Virus record (IMG/VR): IMGVR_UViG_3300007734_000734 | Span: 1-60,726 of that record | Direction: 5' to 3' (one strand) | DNA length: 60,726 nt | Origin: a virus | Lineage: Duplodnaviria > Caudoviricetes | Part shown: in pieces, positions 56,453 to 60,726 of the stretch | Position numbering within the stretch: the first letter of the stretch is position 1 | Layout: each line of letters begins with the position of its first letter | The notes under the pieces: model-generated | What the model saw: the letters and a program-made list of their open reading frames with translations, nothing else | The model's database searches: none | Told to the model about the DNA's origin: nothing | Position numbers and translations under genes: made by a program

Positions 56453-56701
56453 TTAATCCTCTAATTGTAAACCACTACTACTTAACATTTCTCTAATTAT
56501 CTCTCTGTATTTTTCTGCAATGTCTTGTTCAAATCCAGGTGCTTGTGATTCCATATGGATTACACTAACTCCATACTTAGTTGTTTGTCTTAGTTTTTGA
56601 TCTAATTCCCACATAACTGTTTTCCATCTTTGGCCATCTAATGCTGTTCTAGCATCATTTGCTTCTTCTTGAGAGTCAAACTCTAGTATTATCTTTCCCA
56701 T
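56453..56701 (-). CDS. hypothetical phage protein
   Basis: 82 aa; ALDG.RW...WELDQ.LR...KY. Confidence 0.75.
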   Translation of the reverse strand: MGKIILEFDSQEEANDARTALDGQRWKTVMWELDQKLRQTTKYGVSVIHMESQAPGFEQDIAEKYREIIREMLSSSGLQLED

Positions 56702-57012
56702 TATATAAAGTATTTTTCTTTAACTAGAAATTCATATAAACCTTTTACATCTTTACATATCTCTTTACCATCCTTATCATTTGCATTTAAGTCTTTTCTT
56801 GGTTTACCTGAGATACCATCTTTTTCATAGAGATACCAACCTAACCATTCGTTACCATCTTCAGTTAATACTTCCTTCCAAAGTACTCCCACAGCTCTTT
56901 GTATGTCGTCCATAACATCTAATAGATCAATTTTACATTTATGAATTTCATCCATTTTATTATTGTGACTTATCTGATAGTCAATAATTGCTTTAAATTT
57001 TTCGTATTTCAT
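56701..57012 (-). CDS. hypothetical phage protein
   Basis: 103 aa; G.EWLGWYLYE. Confidence 0.75.
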   Translation of the reverse strand: MKYEKFKAIIDYQISHNNKMDEIHKCKIDLLDVMDDIQRAVGVLWKEVLTEDGNEWLGWYLYEKDGISGKPRKDLNANDKDGKEICKDVKGLYEFLVKEKYFI

Positions 57013-57557
57013 AACTTTTCTATTTCTTTTTTTACTTCAAACCAATAATCATAACGTATCATTAAGTCTTGGTAGTATAGTATAGTTTTAATTTTATCTA
57101 CCATAACTAATGCACATTGTTTAGCTTCATTATAATCTAATGACTTAACTTTAATTTGATAATTAACAATTAACTCAGATGCCTTTTCTCTTGGTGATGT
57201 ATTATATTCTTCAGTGTGTTCATATGCTCCATCAGGTCCAATTTGAAAGTCATCTGAAACGTATGGTTTATTTTCTTCAGGTAATGGCCCGCAGTCGCAA
57301 TAGGATGTGTGACCACAGTAACATTTAGTAAGTATCTTAGCACATTTATGCATTGTTGTGCCATCTTCAACTGGGATGATTGCTTCTGTAATTTCAAACT
57401 CTACTTCTAGTCCTTCATTAGAGTCATATAACTTTAGTCCATCTATATGGCCATTGTCTATTAATGGATACTGATTGATTAGTTTAGCATGTGTTCCTTC
57501 TTTAACTACTTGCTTTACTACCCACCCACGATTTGTTTTATTTAATATTCCTTTCAT
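57009..57557 (-). CDS. hypothetical protein, paralogue of 58929..59480
   Basis: Shared blocks PLIDNGHIDGLKLYDSNEGLEV, PYVSDDFQIGPDGAYEH and C-terminus; unique CYCGH..YCDC insert. Confidence 0.8.
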   Translation of the reverse strand: MKGILNKTNRGWVVKQVVKEGTHAKLINQYPLIDNGHIDGLKLYDSNEGLEVEFEITEAIIPVEDGTTMHKCAKILTKCYCGHTSYCDCGPLPEENKPYVSDDFQIGPDGAYEHTEEYNTSPREKASELIVNYQIKVKSLDYNEAKQCALVMVDKIKTILYYQDLMIRYDYWFEVKKEIEKL

Positions 57558-57560
57558 TGT

Positions 57561-57776
57561 TTATTTCTTTGTATTTGTATTAATTATAATAGGTAATTTA
57601 CCTTCAGGTGACATTTCTATCAATTGTTTGTATTTCTCATCTCCAACAACACCATCAACACTCCATTCTGTTTTTATTCCGTTTTCGTATATTGGAATTG
57701 AGTATGTTTCAATTTTATTTAAAATTAATTCCTCTAATGCTTCTATTGCATATTTATTAAACTCTTGTAGTATCAT
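57561..57776 (-). CDS. hypothetical protein
   Basis: 71 aa, ATGA overlap. Confidence 0.65.
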   Translation of the reverse strand: MILQEFNKYAIEALEELILNKIETYSIPIYENGIKTEWSVDGVVGDEKYKQLIEMSPEGKLPIIINTNTKK

Positions 57777-58519
57777 ATTTCAAATATATTTCCGTTACTA
57801 CTTAGTTTACCAAACTTACCATCAGTCACTACACTTCCATTACTATAGATTGTATCACTTATTGATAGTTTCATTGTTCCTGCATTAATGATGTCTTCAC
57901 AATTATGGATATGACCAAACAAGCATAGTTTAGGTTTTAAATCTAACATACGCTTTTTAAGTGATGAATCACCACAAAATTCTAATGTACCATCTCTATT
58001 GTAAGATAAATCTAATATTCCTCTTGGTGGTCCATGTACAACCACAATGTCAGTGTCATCTGGAATATACTTCCAAACTTCAAAAGTCTTATCTCTTCTT
58101 TTATTGAATGCCCATCCTTGACCAAAGCTTGGTGTGATTGGAGAACCCCATATTTTAATAGGTTTAGGTGGCACAATAGTTGATCCTATCATGTTTGTAT
58201 TAGCTAGTGATTTCCATCCATCATTTTCGTCTATTTCAATCCAATCATTCTCCAAGTAAATAATACCTGCTCTTTCAAAGTCATCCTTTTTAATAAAGTT
58301 TCTTTCAACACAAACATCATGGTTTCCAGCAACAAATATTTTATGTTTGATTGACAATGAACCAAACCAAGATATAAAGTTTTGCATTTCTTGTTCACTT
58401 ACATATGGATCTCTTGGATTAGTTGCGTCACCACTGTGAATTACCATGTCTATTCCTTCAGGTACTATTAATAGTCCGTGGTAGGTGTGAGTATCACTTA
58501 TGTGCCAAATTTTCATCAT
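57773..58519 (-). CDS. calcineurin-like metallophosphoesterase
   Basis: SDTH, HSGD, GNHD, HGPP, FGHIH. Confidence 0.9.
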   Translation of the reverse strand: MMKIWHISDTHTYHGLLIVPEGIDMVIHSGDATNPRDPYVSEQEMQNFISWFGSLSIKHKIFVAGNHDVCVERNFIKKDDFERAGIIYLENDWIEIDENDGWKSLANTNMIGSTIVPPKPIKIWGSPITPSFGQGWAFNKRRDKTFEVWKYIPDDTDIVVVHGPPRGILDLSYNRDGTLEFCGDSSLKKRMLDLKPKLCLFGHIHNCEDIINAGTMKLSISDTIYSNGSVVTDGKFGKLSSNGNIFEI

Positions 58520-58557
58520 TTCTTTATTTTAAATATATGTTGTTTTATCTTGCAAGC

Positions 58558-58932
58558 CTAATAATTCAACCATTTATTATCTATTAATTCTTTTATAAAC
58601 ATTCTTAGTTGTGTAACTTCAAACTTGGTGAGTGTGTCAGATACATCATCTAATGCCTCTCTGTCACCGTCATACAACCGCTTCATCCATTTATTTCCAT
58701 CCCAATTGTCAAATTCTTTTGTAATTTTGTTTGTGTATTTAATGTTAGCACCACTATTGAAAAAGATTTCATTGCTGTAATCTGAGTACATTCGAGTTGC
58801 TTCAAATGTGCAATTGTCTAGTTCAAGAAAGCATTGTTGAGTGTAAATTAAATCTTGTAGTTCTTCTGTTTGTGGTTGTTCTTCTTTAACATACCAAGTT
58901 CCATTTATTTGTATTCTGTATTCTGTTTTCAT
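58558..58932 (-). CDS. hypothetical protein
   Basis: 124 aa; TAG in element 58530-58560. Confidence 0.75.
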   Translation of the reverse strand: MKTEYRIQINGTWYVKEEQPQTEELQDLIYTQQCFLELDNCTFEATRMYSDYSNEIFFNSGANIKYTNKITKEFDNWDGNKWMKRLYDGDREALDDVSDTLTKFEVTQLRMFIKELIDNKWLNY

Positions 58933-59480
58933 AGTTTTTCTATTTCTTTTTTTACTTCAAACCAATAATCATATCTTATCATTAGGTCTTGGTCGTACAG
59001 TATAATTTTAATTTCGTCTACCATAACTAATGCACATTGTTTAGCTTCATTATAATCTAATGACTTAACTTTAATTTGATAATCAACAATTAACTCAGAT
59101 GCCTTTTCTCTTGGTGATGTATACCATTCTTTAGTATGTTCATAAGCACCATCAGGACCAATTTGAAAGTCATCTGAAACGTATGGTTCATTGTCTAAAC
59201 CATCATTTAATGTTACATCCCAATCTTTTAAATTATCTTCTTCCGGTGTAATTATCTTTGCAAATTTAGGAAAGTGATCAGGTCCGTTGTTATCATAATC
59301 AGTGACTATTTCAAAATCTACTTCTAATCCTTCATTAGAATCATATAACTTTAGTCCATCTATATGGCCATTGTCTATTAGAGGTAGTGAATTTTGATTT
59401 TTCTTTACAATGTTTTCTCCAATAATTTCATCATAAATTACTATCCAACCACTTTCTGTTTTATGTAATATTCCTTTCAT
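58929..59480 (-). CDS. hypothetical protein, paralogue of 57009..57557
   Basis: Near-identical 3' ~260 bp at 1920-bp offset; unique DWDVTLNDGL segment. Confidence 0.8.
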   Translation of the reverse strand: MKGILHKTESGWIVIYDEIIGENIVKKNQNSLPLIDNGHIDGLKLYDSNEGLEVDFEIVTDYDNNGPDHFPKFAKIITPEEDNLKDWDVTLNDGLDNEPYVSDDFQIGPDGAYEHTKEWYTSPREKASELIVDYQIKVKSLDYNEAKQCALVMVDEIKIILYDQDLMIRYDYWFEVKKEIEKL

Positions 59481-59633
59481 ATTATTCTTGTTTGTTTAAA
59501 TTAAATAGCCATTCTAAAAATGTTTCTTTTGTAAATGCGTTTTTACCACAAATTATATAGTTATACACAATACTACATTAGTGTTTCAATTATATATTTG
59601 TCTTAAAAACTTTTAAAAAATTTCCTACGATTT

Positions 59634-60026
59634 TTAATACCAATCTTCACCATCTGCCTCTTTTAACCTATCTGGTGTTGGTAAATATCCACCAAAATAA
59701 TTACTATCAGAGTTCCAATCAATACCATAACCGTCAAACATTTCAGGTGTAGGTTTTTTAAAATAAATGCCAATAGTTCTGTTGTCAATTTTATATGTAT
59801 ATGGGACACCACCAGTAAGTCCTTCGTATATTGAAGCTACATTCACTTGTGCCGAATAACTATCTCTATCATTCCATTTTTGATAAGGTACTACTGCATC
59901 TCTACATATTTGTATTAAATCTTCCTCTGTGTATTTTTTAATAGGAATATAACGATGTGTAGTGCCACCCTCTACTTTACATTCAGTTGGACAATGTGTT
60001 ACTGATTTTATTGTTATATCTTCCAT
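59634..60026 (-). CDS. hypothetical protein
   Basis: 130 aa. Confidence 0.75.
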   Translation of the reverse strand: MEDITIKSVTHCPTECKVEGGTTHRYIPIKKYTEEDLIQICRDAVVPYQKWNDRDSYSAQVNVASIYEGLTGGVPYTYKIDNRTIGIYFKKPTPEMFDGYGIDWNSDSNYFGGYLPTPDRLKEADGEDWY

Positions 60027-60027
60027 A

Positions 60028-60345
60028 TTAGTCTTGTTTGTTAATTTGTTGCATTTTTACAAGTTCAAGAGTAGCCTTTTCATACTTTGCTTTGGCATCT
60101 CTAAACTTTTGTACTTCTTTAAAAAAGTTCTGTACTTCTTTATCAAGTTCTTCTTGGTTGAGCCATAATGCTTTTTGAGTTAATACTTGCCCTAAAATAA
60201 CTGCTGATGTTATACAAAGAAAAAGACCTAAAAATAATATCCATACTGCATAATCTCTGTTCCAACTACCCCAAATTGCTATCCACATAAAAGGAAACCA
60301 CCCTATTGTAAGGGTAAATAATGCTATAATCTGTAATTTTTTCAT
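60028..60345 (-). CDS. two-TM membrane protein with coiled-coil tail
   Basis: Hydrophobic N-terminal half; ends NKQD*. Confidence 0.75.
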   Translation of the reverse strand: MKKLQIIALFTLTIGWFPFMWIAIWGSWNRDYAVWILFLGLFLCITSAVILGQVLTQKALWLNQEELDKEVQNFFKEVQKFRDAKAKYEKATLELVKMQQINKQD

Positions 60346-60346
60346 A

Positions 60347-60604
60347 TTAGTTTTGTATGTTTAGTGATTCAATAAAATCTTGTATTTCTTTTGAAAGAAC
60401 ACCTTGATGTTCTGCTATTTTGTTTGACATAAAAGCATAAGTTATTGTTTTAATTTTATCTAGTACAGGTTTAATATCTGCTTGACCTTCTAAATAACCA
60501 TTATTGTATGCTGATATAATGTCGTGTTTACAATATTCACTTTTATTAGTAGCAGGGCATCTGTAACCCTCAGCATATTTTTCTGCTTTTTCTTGTGTAT
60601 TCAT
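60347..60604 (-). CDS. hypothetical protein
   Basis: 85 aa. Confidence 0.7.
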   Translation of the reverse strand: MNTQEKAEKYAEGYRCPATNKSEYCKHDIISAYNNGYLEGQADIKPVLDKIKTITYAFMSNKIAEHQGVLSKEIQDFIESLNIQN

Positions 60605-60726
60605 ATTTTATTTTTTAATTGTTAATAATTAGTCCCGTTGTCTCCACTATAGGAAAGTATGAAAACTTATAGTATCATAAACGTTACACAACCATTATAG
60701 CTGACATACTTCTTCTTTGCTTTTAT

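Noticed and set aside
57170-57397. Alternative-frame minus ORF inside 57009..57557
   Set aside because: Fully nested, and paralogue conservation supports the main frame
57009-59190. Diversity-generating retroelement template/variable repeat pair
   Set aside because: Differences between copies are not adenine-specific, both copies are coding, and no reverse transcriptase is in the window
539-60168. Plus-strand ORFs of 60-137 aa in the track (other than 35714..36232)
   Set aside because: Nearly all are antisense shadows of minus-strand genes, with no promoter element and no recognisable motifs
1-60726. Genome-wide TAG recoding (genetic code 15)
   Set aside because: Long genes are intact in the standard code, TAG sits at sensible gene ends, only one internal TAG was found and no suppressor tRNA is seen

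Overview
A very AT-rich 60.7 kb segment of a large myovirus-type (T4-like baseplate) bacteriophage. A Bacteroidetes/Flavobacteriia-like host is inferred from TTTG/TTAG-N20-TATATTTA promoters, A-rich leaders without Shine-Dalgarno, an Hc1-like protein, lipoproteins and an attC-like site. Nearly all genes lie on the minus strand in the standard genetic code. 1-37 kb: late/virion and replication genes (putative head-packaged proteins with a shared N-terminal leader, two adjacent Pol-beta-like nucleotidyltransferases, one fused to HIGH-type and HExxH domains, exonuclease, primase, GIY-YIG nuclease, baseplate/tail module, sigma factor, HD protein), many preceded by ATATTTAT. 37.1-37.8 kb: a tmRNA with a 23-aa tag flanked by two aberrant tRNA-like RNAs. 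38.6-60.7 kb: an accessory region of short genes built as cassettes. About 30 copies of a promoter element occur, and in 15 cases the upstream gene's TAG stop is the element's -33 box. This region also has two other junction-repeat families, an integron-like cassette, AT-hook proteins, a RadA/Sms-like ATPase, DUF932, ClpP and a metallophosphoesterase. All family assignments come from motif recognition by eye; no database searches were run.
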